From UHGV virus genome UHGV-0231292: DNA of 35,493 nt; one strand, written 5' to 3'. The notes beneath the pieces are model-generated. The model made no database searches. It had not been told where the DNA came from and saw nothing but the letters and a program-made list of their open reading frames with translations. How positions within the stretch are numbered: position 1 is the stretch's first letter; every line of letters begins with the position of its first letter. The translations under genes were made by a program, and so were the position numbers. Of this stretch, positions 17,378-25,803 are shown in pieces. This DNA is from a virus.

Positions 17378-17766
17378 GCAACACATTTAAATTCAGCAGC
17401 CGGAGCGAAAAGAATTTGCAGGGCGTAAATCCTGATCTGGTGAAAGTGACCCGACGGGCACTGGAAATTTCGGAAGTGGATTTTGGTATCACCGAAGGGT
17501 TGCGCAGCCGTTACCGCCAGAAGCAACTGGTGGCCACAGGTAAGAGCCAGACCATGAACAGCCGCCACCTTACGGGGCATGCCGTGGATGTTGTGGCTTA
17601 TGTCGGCAGCCAGGTGTCATGGGAATGGCCGCTGTACGAAAAAATCGCAGCAGCATTCAGACAGGCCAGCCGGGAGCTGAATATTCCGGTGGAATGGGGC
17701 GGCGACTGGAAGACCCTGAAAGACGGACCGCATTTTCAGTTGCCACACGGAGCCTATCCGGCATGA
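17374..17766 (+). CDS. Endolysin, peptidase M15 (zinc D-Ala-D-Ala / L-Ala-D-Glu peptidase) type
   Basis: 130 aa; SRHLTGHAVDV ... GPHFQL zinc-binding H-x6-D...H pattern; replaces the P2 K lysozyme. Confidence 0.7.
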   Translation: MSNTFKFSSRSEKNLQGVNPDLVKVTRRALEISEVDFGITEGLRSRYRQKQLVATGKSQTMNSRHLTGHAVDVVAYVGSQVSWEWPLYEKIAAAFRQASRELNIPVEWGGDWKTLKDGPHFQLPHGAYPA

Positions 17767-18170
17767 AGCTCTGGCCCACGCTTGGCGTCGCTTTCCTTCT
17801 GATTGCCGCATGGGGAACATCCATGCGTCTGTCGTGGTCGCTGGGCAGGGAGAACGCCAGAAACGAAGCGCAGGCCAGCGCCCTGAAAAGTACCGTCGAC
17901 ACCCTGAATATCATCAGCGCTGGGGTACAGGATATGCAGCAGGTGCTGGCGCAACTCCGCGTGGAAAATCAGCAACGCAATCAGGACGGAGAGGCAAGAC
18001 GTGAACAGCTACGCAACGATATTGCAAAAGATGAATGCGCCCACGCTTTGCCTGACGCTCGTTTTACTGACAGGCTGCGCAGGCACGCAGAACGCGCCAC
18101 GGCCAGCGCCGTCAGTCCGGCTTATACCGCAGACGCTGACCATACCGGTAACGCCTCCCCCCTTCCCTGA
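17763..18170 (+). CDS. lysB: i-spanin (Rz/LysB-like)
   Basis: Start at the ATG overlapping the endolysin stop; N-terminal TM LWPTLGVAFLLIAAWG then coiled-coil region. Confidence 0.6.
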   Translation: MKLWPTLGVAFLLIAAWGTSMRLSWSLGRENARNEAQASALKSTVDTLNIISAGVQDMQQVLAQLRVENQQRNQDGEARREQLRNDIAKDECAHALPDARFTDRLRRHAERATASAVSPAYTADADHTGNASPLP

Positions 18171-18321
18171 CTCTCCCACATGGGGAAATCTCGGTATATG
18201 GGGCGACCGCCTTCTGGATGCACTGGAAACCTGTAACGCGGATAAACGGGCCATTGAATTGCTGGAACAGCGCAGGCTGCAACGACTGAACAACGAGGAT
18301 AACAACCATGCTGAAAACTGA
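18031..18321 (+). CDS. lysC: o-spanin lipoprotein (Rz1/LysC-like), overlapping lysB
   Basis: Internal ATG gives MNAPTLCLTLVLLTGCAG with lipobox LTGC; proline-rich; overlaps lysB in another frame. Confidence 0.5.
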   Translation: MNAPTLCLTLVLLTGCAGTQNAPRPAPSVRLIPQTLTIPVTPPPFPDSPTWGNLGIWGDRLLDALETCNADKRAIELLEQRRLQRLNNEDNNHAEN

Positions 18322-18775
18322 TTCCCTGCGTGAAGCCATGACCCGTTCATGCCGATGGTGTCAGGCTAACCCGGAAAAATTCACCATTTTCGTGGAGAGC
18401 GGCAACATTGAAACGACCGGAGAAACGCCCTCGTTTGTTTACCGCTATCAGATGGTGATGTTTGTCATGGATTACGCCGGGGAGCTGGACGACCTCACGC
18501 TGCCGCTGCTGGCGTGGTTATCCGAAAATCAGCCACAGTTGTTGCTCAACCCTGAGCGTAATCAGGACATCAAATTCTCCGCCGTTATCAATGACGATGA
18601 CAGCGCCGATCTCCTGTTTACACTCCCCCTGCGGGAACGCGTTCGCATCACGCGCAGCAGTCAGGGCACACCGCAGGCAGAGCACCTGCCGGAGCCAAAA
18701 CCCCGCCTGCCATCTTCCGAAGGCGACTGGTCGCATGTATTCCAGGATGTGACGTGGGGTGAAAGCGATGGATAA
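18308..18775 (+). CDS. R: Tail completion protein (P2 gpR-like)
   Basis: 155 aa; MLKTDSLREAM... and LAWLSENQP match gpR. Confidence 0.8.
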   Translation: MLKTDSLREAMTRSCRWCQANPEKFTIFVESGNIETTGETPSFVYRYQMVMFVMDYAGELDDLTLPLLAWLSENQPQLLLNPERNQDIKFSAVINDDDSADLLFTLPLRERVRITRSSQGTPQAEHLPEPKPRLPSSEGDWSHVFQDVTWGESDG

Positions 18776-19403
18776 GGCATTCACCCGCGTGGATGAAACC
18801 TTTGAGGCTATCCGCGACAGCCTGAATCAGCAGGCCATCAATAACATCGCCAGAAAGCTGGCACACGATTTACGTCGCGCCCAGCAGGCACGCATCCGGT
18901 CACAGAAAGCGCCGGACGGGACCGCATGGACACCACGCAGACGCCGTGTAACCCGGATACAGGAGCGCATTCGCTTTATCTGGAATAACGAAGCACGCAC
19001 ACTGAAAAACTGGCATCACGACACGGGGAAATACGGGCGAACCATTACCGGGTGGGATGAGGATAAAAACAATATCCGCACGTTTTACCGGGATGACATC
19101 GACCGCTTTCTGGAAATACGCACCCGGCGCATCAACCAGGACAGCACAAAGCGCGTCCCCATGTTCGTAAAACTGCGCACCGCCCGCTACCTGAAAGCCC
19201 GTGCGGATACTTCCGGTGTGACGGTGGGTTACAGCGGCGTGGCTGCACGTATTGCACGCGTTCATCAGTTCGGTGAGCGCGATCAGGTTGCGCCGGGCAT
19301 TTTCACCGATTACCCGGTACGTGAGCTGTTGGGCATCAGTCAGGCAGATGAACGCCTGATTTATAACACGGTGCTGGGCCGGATTGCGGAGGCTGTACGG
19401 TGA
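18768..19403 (+). CDS. S: Tail completion protein (P2 gpS-like)
   Basis: Start at the ATG overlapping R stop; position between R and V; longer than P2 S (about 211 aa). Confidence 0.75.
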   Translation: MDKAFTRVDETFEAIRDSLNQQAINNIARKLAHDLRRAQQARIRSQKAPDGTAWTPRRRRVTRIQERIRFIWNNEARTLKNWHHDTGKYGRTITGWDEDKNNIRTFYRDDIDRFLEIRTRRINQDSTKRVPMFVKLRTARYLKARADTSGVTVGYSGVAARIARVHQFGERDQVAPGIFTDYPVRELLGISQADERLIYNTVLGRIAEAVR

Positions 19404-19981
19404 GTGCAGAACTCATGCGACTGCTGAGCAACATCATCCGCACCGGGATCATCTCTGAAGTTGATGAGAAGTCCTGGCGCGTTCGCGTTCGCAGTGGCGA
19501 ACTGGAAACAGGCTGGCTGCGCTGGAACACCACGCGCGCGGGAGCCTTCAATGTATGGTTGCCACCATCACCTGGCGAACAGGTGGTAATTGCCTGCATC
19601 GGCGGCAATCCGGAAACCGCCATGATAATCGGCAGCCTGTGGAGTGATGCCATTCCGGCCCCCGGCAAAAGCCTGAAAGAAATCGTGGTCAGCGCGCCGG
19701 ATGGCGCGGTGTTCCGCTACGACGCAGACGCAGGCGCACTGAGCGCCAGCGGCATGAAAACAGCCACCCTGCAGGCATCCGTCAGTGTGACACTGGACAC
19801 GCCTGTCGTGGAATGCACAAACCTTCTGAAAACAGCCGAGATTGACGTCACAAAAGGGGGAAAGATGAGCGGCAATATCACGCACAGCGGCGGCGATTTC
19901 ACCTCAAACGGCATCACAGTGCATACGCATAAACACGGTGGCGTTAAAGGTGGCAGCGATTCGACAGGAGGCCCGCAGTGA
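19400..19981 (+). CDS. V: Baseplate spike / central hub protein (P2 gpV-like)
   Basis: 193 aa; IRTGII, TGWLRWNTTRAG, GEQVVIACIGGNPETAMIIGSLWS, HTHKHGGVKGGSDSTGGP match gpV. Confidence 0.85.
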   Translation: MSAELMRLLSNIIRTGIISEVDEKSWRVRVRSGELETGWLRWNTTRAGAFNVWLPPSPGEQVVIACIGGNPETAMIIGSLWSDAIPAPGKSLKEIVVSAPDGAVFRYDADAGALSASGMKTATLQASVSVTLDTPVVECTNLLKTAEIDVTKGGKMSGNITHSGGDFTSNGITVHTHKHGGVKGGSDSTGGPQ

Positions 19982-20328
19982 CAACCCGCTACACAGGAAT
20001 GAACCCGGACGGAACGGGAAACCTGAACGATATGGAGCACCTGAAACAGTCAGTCAGGGACATCCTGATCACCCCGCTGGCAAGCCGGGTTATGCGACGG
20101 GAATATGGCAGCCTTGTGCCTGATTTGATTGACGAACCCATGAATAACACCACGCGTCTGCAATGCATGAGTGCTGCCGTGATTGCACTGACACGATGGG
20201 AACCCCGCATTGCCCTGGACGCTATCGACGTTGTCTGGAAGGCAGGAGGCCGCGCCGGGGTGACGCTGTCGGGCACTGTCATGCAGACCATGCAGAATGT
20301 TGAATTAACCATCACGCTGAGGGAGTAA
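19978..20328 (+). CDS. W: Baseplate wedge protein (P2 gpW-like, lysozyme-fold)
   Basis: 116 aa; LKQSVRDILITPLASRVMRREYGS match gpW. Confidence 0.85.
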   Translation: MTTRYTGMNPDGTGNLNDMEHLKQSVRDILITPLASRVMRREYGSLVPDLIDEPMNNTTRLQCMSAAVIALTRWEPRIALDAIDVVWKAGGRAGVTLSGTVMQTMQNVELTITLRE

Positions 20329-20331
20329 ATC

Positions 20332-21228
20332 ATGCCTGCCGTTGACCTTTCACAGTTACCGGAACCCGCCATCATCGCGGAGCCTGACTTTGAGGCAATT
20401 CTGGCTGACACAAAGGCCATGATGATTGCGTCCTATCCCGCCGAACAGCGTGAAGCCGTTTCCGCCGCGCTGGAGCTGGAATCGGAACCCCTTAACGTTA
20501 TCGCTCAAACCATGTCGTTTCGTGAAATGCTTTTACGCCAGCGGGTTAACGAGGGCGCACGCGCCTGTATGTTAAGCCACGGTTCAGGGACAAACCTGGA
20601 CAACCTCGCGGGTAATATGAACACAAAGCGCCTGATTATCACTCCGGCAACGGATACCACCGACGCGGTGATGGAGAGCGACACCTCGCTGAGACTGCGG
20701 GCGCAGCGGGCGTATGACGGCCTGAGTGTTGCTGGCCCGTCAGGTGCATACGAGTATTTTGCCCGCAGCGCCAGCGGTCTGGTGCGTGATGCGCGGGCTA
20801 TCAGCCCGTCTCCGGCAAATGTGACGGTTTCCATCCTGTCCACTGAGGGCGACGGCACAGCAACGGAGGCGTTGCTTAATACCGTTCGCGCCGTTCTGAA
20901 TGCAGAGGATACCCGCCCGGTGGCCGACCGACTGACCGTACAGAGCGCCAGCATCGTGACATGGCGGCTGAATGCAAAACTGTACTTTTACCCCGGTCCG
21001 GAATCCGAACCTATTCTGGCCGCGGCGGAATCGTCATTCAGGAAGTGGCTGGCTGAACAGGGGCTTATCGGTCAGGACGTGGCGTTGTCCGCCATTGCTG
21101 CCGCACTTCATGTGCACGGCGTGCAACGCGTGGAGATAATCGAACCCACACAGAATATGGCCATCAGCGACATACAGGCGGCGCGCTGTGAGTCATTCAC
21201 CATCAGCGAAGGTGGGCGCAATGAGTAA
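20332..21228 (+). CDS. J: Baseplate assembly protein (P2 gpJ-like)
   Basis: 298 aa; position and sequence pattern match gpJ. Confidence 0.85.
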   Translation: MPAVDLSQLPEPAIIAEPDFEAILADTKAMMIASYPAEQREAVSAALELESEPLNVIAQTMSFREMLLRQRVNEGARACMLSHGSGTNLDNLAGNMNTKRLIITPATDTTDAVMESDTSLRLRAQRAYDGLSVAGPSGAYEYFARSASGLVRDARAISPSPANVTVSILSTEGDGTATEALLNTVRAVLNAEDTRPVADRLTVQSASIVTWRLNAKLYFYPGPESEPILAAAESSFRKWLAEQGLIGQDVALSAIAAALHVHGVQRVEIIEPTQNMAISDIQAARCESFTISEGGRNE

Positions 21229-21748
21229 TTCACTGTTACCGCCATCAGCCAGCAGTTTCATGCGTTGTGCCGAAGCCGTCGGAACACGCATTACAGACAT
21301 CCCGGTAGACCTCAACACGCTGTGGTCACCGGACACCTGCCCGGTGCATCTGCTGCCTTATCTCGCCTGGGCATTTTCCGTTGACCGCTGGGATCGCAAC
21401 TGGCCGGAAGAGACAAAGCGACAGGTTATTCGTGATGCATGGCTGATACACCGACACAAAGGGACCATCAGCGCACTGCGCCGGGCCATTGAGCCGCTGG
21501 GATACCTCATTCGTGTGTCTGAGTGGTGGGAGTTCGACGGCGAACCCGGAACATTCAAGGTTGATGTTGGCACACTGGACAGTGGTGTGACCGAGGAAAT
21601 GTATCTGGAAATGGAACGGCTGATTGCCGACGCCAAACCCGCAAGTCGCCACCTTATCGGCCTGAACATTATCCAGGACATTCCCGGCTATCTGTATACA
21701 GGCGGTGTGGTCTGTGATGGTGATGTTATTACTGTTTATCCCGGATAA
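21221..21748 (+). CDS. I: Baseplate protein (P2 gpI-like)
   Basis: Start at internal ATG (MSNSLLPP...); LLPYLAWAFSVDRWDRNWPEETKRQVIRDAW and LIADAKPASRHLIGLNI match gpI. Confidence 0.85.
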   Translation: MSNSLLPPSASSFMRCAEAVGTRITDIPVDLNTLWSPDTCPVHLLPYLAWAFSVDRWDRNWPEETKRQVIRDAWLIHRHKGTISALRRAIEPLGYLIRVSEWWEFDGEPGTFKVDVGTLDSGVTEEMYLEMERLIADAKPASRHLIGLNIIQDIPGYLYTGGVVCDGDVITVYPG

Positions 21749-21758
21749 GTGAGAAATA

Positions 21759-24518
21759 ATGAGCACGAAATTTAAAACCGTTATCACTACTGCCGGAGCC
21801 GCAAAGCTGGCAGCCGCCACTGTCCCCGGCGGGAAAAAAGTAACCCTGTCTGCAATGGCCGTGGGTGACGGTAATGGCAAATTGCCAGTGCCGGATGCCG
21901 GTCAGACGAAACTGGTGCATGAGGTCTGGCGTCACGCTCTGAATAAAGTCAGCGTGGATAATAAGAATAAAAACTATATCGTGGCTGAACTGGTTGTACC
22001 GCCCGAAGTGGGCGGCTTCTGGATGCGTGAGCTTGGTCTGTATGACGATGCCGGAACACTGATTGCGGTATCCAATATGGCAGAAAGCTATAAGCCAGAA
22101 CTGGCTGAAGGCTCCGGACGTGCGCAGACCTGCCGCATGGTCATTATTGTCAGTAACGTGGCGTCCGTTGAGCTGAGTATTGATGCCAGCACAGTGATGG
22201 CGACGCAGGATTACGTCGATAACAAAATCGCAGAACATGAGCAGTCCCGCCGCCATCCTGACGCCACGCTGACAGAAAAAGGTTTTACTCAGTTAAGCAG
22301 TGCAACAAACAGCACCAGTGAAAGGCTGGCAGCAACGCCAAAGGCAGTAAAAGCAGCCTATGACAATGCTGAAAAACGTATGCAGAAAGACCAGAACGGT
22401 GGCGATATTCCAGATAAGGACGCTTTTCTGGGCAATGTTGGCGTTACCAGCCTGACGTTTATGAAAAACAATGGCGAAATGCCGCTTGATGCTGATCTGA
22501 ATACATTTGGTCCCGTTAAGGCTTATCTGGGGATCTGGTCTAAAGCTACCTCAACTAACGCAACACTGGAGAAAAATTTCCCGGAAGATAATGCTGTCGG
22601 TGTGCTTGAGGTTTTTGCTGCCGGCAATTTTGCAGGTACGCAACGCTTCACCACGAGAGACGGCAATGTATACATACGCAGACTCGCCAATAAGTGGAAT
22701 GGCTCTGATGGTCCGTGGGGCATATGGCGTCACACTCAATCAGCTACCCGCCCTTTGAGTACGACTATAGACCTGAATACGCTTGGAGCCGCCGAGCATC
22801 TTGGTTTATGGCGTAACAGTAGCTCGGCTATAGCTTCATATGAACGCAATTATCCAGAGGAAGGCGGCTTTGCTCAGGGGACGCTTGAGATCCTCGAAGG
22901 CGGGAATTATGGAAGAACGCAACGTTATACCACTCGCCGTGGAAATATGTACGTCCGCTGCCTTGCGGCAAGCTGGGATGCATCAAATCCGCAGTGGGAA
23001 CCGTGGTTAAGAGTCGGTCATCAGTCAGAGAGTCGTTATTACGACGGGGATTTGAATGATGTGACTTCACCAGGTATTTACAGCGTTACAGGTAAAGCGA
23101 CCAACGGTCCAATACTGGACGGAAACGGCGTGACAGTCCTCGGTATTCTGGAAGTGTTGAGGCGCTTTGATGGTGTTAACGTATGGCAGCGTTATACAAC
23201 TGCCGGAACAGGTACAACCCTTAAAGGTCGCACGTTTGAACGCGTTTTTACCGGCAGCTCATGGAGCGAATGGCGGGAAGTTTACACATCTTATTCACTT
23301 CCCCTGAATCTGGGCATCGGTGGCGCAGTGGCAAAACTATCCAGTCTGGACTGGCAGACCTACGATTTTGTGCCGGGCAGTCTGATAACCGTTCGGCTGG
23401 ATAATATGACCAATATTCCCGACGGTATGGACTGGGGCGTCATTGATGGCAACCTGATAAACATCGCAGTTGGTCCGAGTGATGATTCCGGTACGGGGCG
23501 CTCAATGCATGTATGGCGCAGCACTGTAAGTAAAGCGAACTACCGATTTTTTATGGTGCGTATTTCAGGAAATCCGGGAAGCCGCACGATCACAGCAAGA
23601 CGAGTACCAATCATTGACGAAGCCCAGACATGGGGCGCGAAACAGACATTCAGTGCTGGCCTTTCTGGTGAACTGTCCGGCAATGCGGCGACAGCAACAA
23701 AGCTGAAAACAGCCCGTAAAATTAATAACGTTTCGTTTGATGGAACATCAGATATTAACCTGACGCCGAAAAATATTGGTGCATTTGCCTCAGGAAAAAC
23801 AGGAGACACCGTTGCGAATGATAAAGCCGTTGGGTGGAACTGGAGTAGCGGAGCCTATAACGCAACTACTGGTGGGGCATCAACGTTAATTCTTCATTTT
23901 AATATCGGTGAAGGAAGTTGTCCCGCCGCCCAGTTCCGCGTTAATTATAAGAACGGCGGTATTTTTTATCGTTCTGCTCGTGACGGTTACGGATTCGAGG
24001 CTGACTGGTCTGAGTTTTATACCACAACGCGAAAACCTACAGCGGGAGATGTCGGTGCACTGCCGTTATCTGGTGGTCAATTGAATGGTGCTCTGGGTAT
24101 AGGAACATCCAGTGCTCTTGGCGGTAATTCGATTGTTTTGGGTGATAATGACACGGGCTTTAAACAAAATGGTGATGGTAATCTGGATGTTTATGCTAAT
24201 AGCGTCCATATTATGCGCTTTGTCTCGGGAAGTATTCAAAGTAATAAAACCATAAATATTACGGGGCGTGTTAATCCCTCGGATTACGGTAACTTTGATT
24301 CCCGCTATGTCCGGGATATCCGGCTTGGTGGTGCTGCCACATACAAACCTGCGAACAATGGCATGACATGGACACATCAGGCACCGTCCGGGTGTGTATA
24401 TTCCGGCATTATTGTTCAGGATACCGGCTCAAACTCTGCCGATAACATTGGTGGTGTATATTACAGGCCGGTTCAGAAATACATTAACGGGACATGGTAT
24501 AACGTGGCGCAGGTATAA
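21759..24518 (+). CDS. H: Tail fibre protein (P2 gpH-like) with a triplicated central domain and divergent C-terminus
   Basis: 919 aa; conserved N-terminus MSTKFKTVITTAGAAKLAAATVPGGKKV...; three tandem ~90-aa repeats between residues ~244 and 510. Confidence 0.85.
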   Translation: MSTKFKTVITTAGAAKLAAATVPGGKKVTLSAMAVGDGNGKLPVPDAGQTKLVHEVWRHALNKVSVDNKNKNYIVAELVVPPEVGGFWMRELGLYDDAGTLIAVSNMAESYKPELAEGSGRAQTCRMVIIVSNVASVELSIDASTVMATQDYVDNKIAEHEQSRRHPDATLTEKGFTQLSSATNSTSERLAATPKAVKAAYDNAEKRMQKDQNGGDIPDKDAFLGNVGVTSLTFMKNNGEMPLDADLNTFGPVKAYLGIWSKATSTNATLEKNFPEDNAVGVLEVFAAGNFAGTQRFTTRDGNVYIRRLANKWNGSDGPWGIWRHTQSATRPLSTTIDLNTLGAAEHLGLWRNSSSAIASYERNYPEEGGFAQGTLEILEGGNYGRTQRYTTRRGNMYVRCLAASWDASNPQWEPWLRVGHQSESRYYDGDLNDVTSPGIYSVTGKATNGPILDGNGVTVLGILEVLRRFDGVNVWQRYTTAGTGTTLKGRTFERVFTGSSWSEWREVYTSYSLPLNLGIGGAVAKLSSLDWQTYDFVPGSLITVRLDNMTNIPDGMDWGVIDGNLINIAVGPSDDSGTGRSMHVWRSTVSKANYRFFMVRISGNPGSRTITARRVPIIDEAQTWGAKQTFSAGLSGELSGNAATATKLKTARKINNVSFDGTSDINLTPKNIGAFASGKTGDTVANDKAVGWNWSSGAYNATTGGASTLILHFNIGEGSCPAAQFRVNYKNGGIFYRSARDGYGFEADWSEFYTTTRKPTAGDVGALPLSGGQLNGALGIGTSSALGGNSIVLGDNDTGFKQNGDGNLDVYANSVHIMRFVSGSIQSNKTINITGRVNPSDYGNFDSRYVRDIRLGGAATYKPANNGMTWTHQAPSGCVYSGIIVQDTGSNSADNIGGVYYRPVQKYINGTWYNVAQV

Positions 24519-24521
24519 TTT

Positions 24522-25049
24522 ATGCAGCATTTAAAAAATATTACGGCGGGTAATCCAAAAACGGTTGAACAATATCAATTGACAAAAGACTTTGATGTTG
24601 TCTGGTTTTTTTCAGAAGATGGTAAGAACTGGTACGAAGAACAAAAGTATTTTGCTGATGACACGCTAAAAATAGCGTACGACAAAGATAATATCATCCG
24701 CTATGTGGAAAAGGATGTGACAGCTATCAGACCGGATGGATTAAGTGTTGTTGAAGTGGCGGATATTACTGCTAACCGACGGGCGGACATTTCAGGGAAC
24801 TGGATGTTTAAGGACGGTACAGTGATTAAACGCATTTATACGGCAGAGGAATTGCTGCAGCAGGCAGAAAACCGGAAAGCCAGACTTCTTGCAGATGCTG
24901 AATCCGTGATTTTGCCACTGGAGCGCGCTGTCAGGCTGAACATGGCAACAGATGAGGAGCGTAGCCGACTGGAAGCATGGGAACGCTACAGTGTTCTGGT
25001 CAGCCGTGTGGATACGGCAAATCCCGAATGGCCACAAAAGCCTGAGTAA
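24522..25049 (+). CDS. G: Tail fibre assembly chaperone (P2 gpG-like)
   Basis: 175 aa; immediately downstream of H; AT-richer codon usage typical of the exchangeable fibre module. Confidence 0.75.
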   Translation: MQHLKNITAGNPKTVEQYQLTKDFDVVWFFSEDGKNWYEEQKYFADDTLKIAYDKDNIIRYVEKDVTAIRPDGLSVVEVADITANRRADISGNWMFKDGTVIKRIYTAEELLQQAENRKARLLADAESVILPLERAVRLNMATDEERSRLEAWERYSVLVSRVDTANPEWPQKPE

Positions 25050-25263
25050 AAATTAAGCTCCGATATCGGGCCTTCTCTCATTCTGGTTGTTCGGGAAACG
25101 TTACTGGCAGGCCGGAGGTGTCTGTGGATTCGACTTTCTACGCGTAGAGCATCCACTCGGTTAATTTTTGTTTATTCTCGTCGGAAATGATGTCCAGCCG
25201 TAGCTGTGAGTCCCATAGGCGATATACAGGCCGAAGAAACAACCAGGCAGATCAAGGAAAAAG

Positions 25264-25295
25264 AAAACCGCTAATCTGACCATTAGCGGTTTTTG
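25264..25295. terminator. Bidirectional terminator between convergent G (+) and U (-)
   Basis: AAACCGCTAAT-CTGACC-ATTAGCGGTTTTT: 9-bp stem flanked by A-run and T-run. Confidence 0.6.
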
Positions 25296-25302
25296 TGTTA
25301 AA

Positions 25303-25797
25303 TCAGAACAGCCCTTTAACTGAACTGGCCGCGCTGTTAAGAGATGATGTCACCTTATCTTTGAAGCCGGACAGCATATCGCTGAATGATGAGGATTGCA
25401 GGCGCTCCCGCAAATCCTCATCACAGCGTTCAAGGGTCAGTGAAAATTCTATCTTTTTCGCCTTACCGTAGCGATCAAACTCGGAACGGGTCGTATTCGT
25501 TCCGGTCAGGACATACATGCCGTAAATCTGCCCGACGCCATCAATAAGAGGCCAGGGGCGTCCTGTATACGCCTGCGTGGTCAGCAGCGACAGCGACACT
25601 TCGCCACCTGTAATTTCAGGATAAAGCACACCAGAAAGAACGATGCGATCATCACCTGCACCGATATACTGCCAGCTTGCTGAACGGTTAACGCGTTCAT
25701 TTTTCACATGCCGCCAGCTTTTGTTTTGCTGTAACTGCTGATGCGGCAGCGTGCGCAGCTCAAAAACAAACATGCCGTAGATCATCATCATGGCCAT
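25303..25797 (-). CDS. U: Tail protein (P2 gpU-like)
   Basis: 164 aa; SWRHV, GGDD..ISG, ITGG, WPLIDG, IYGMYVLT match gpU. Confidence 0.8.
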   Translation of the reverse strand: MAMMMIYGMFVFELRTLPHQQLQQNKSWRHVKNERVNRSASWQYIGAGDDRIVLSGVLYPEITGGEVSLSLLTTQAYTGRPWPLIDGVGQIYGMYVLTGTNTTRSEFDRYGKAKKIEFSLTLERCDEDLRERLQSSSFSDMLSGFKDKVTSSLNSAASSVKGLF

Positions 25798-25803
25798 GAC
25801 TCC

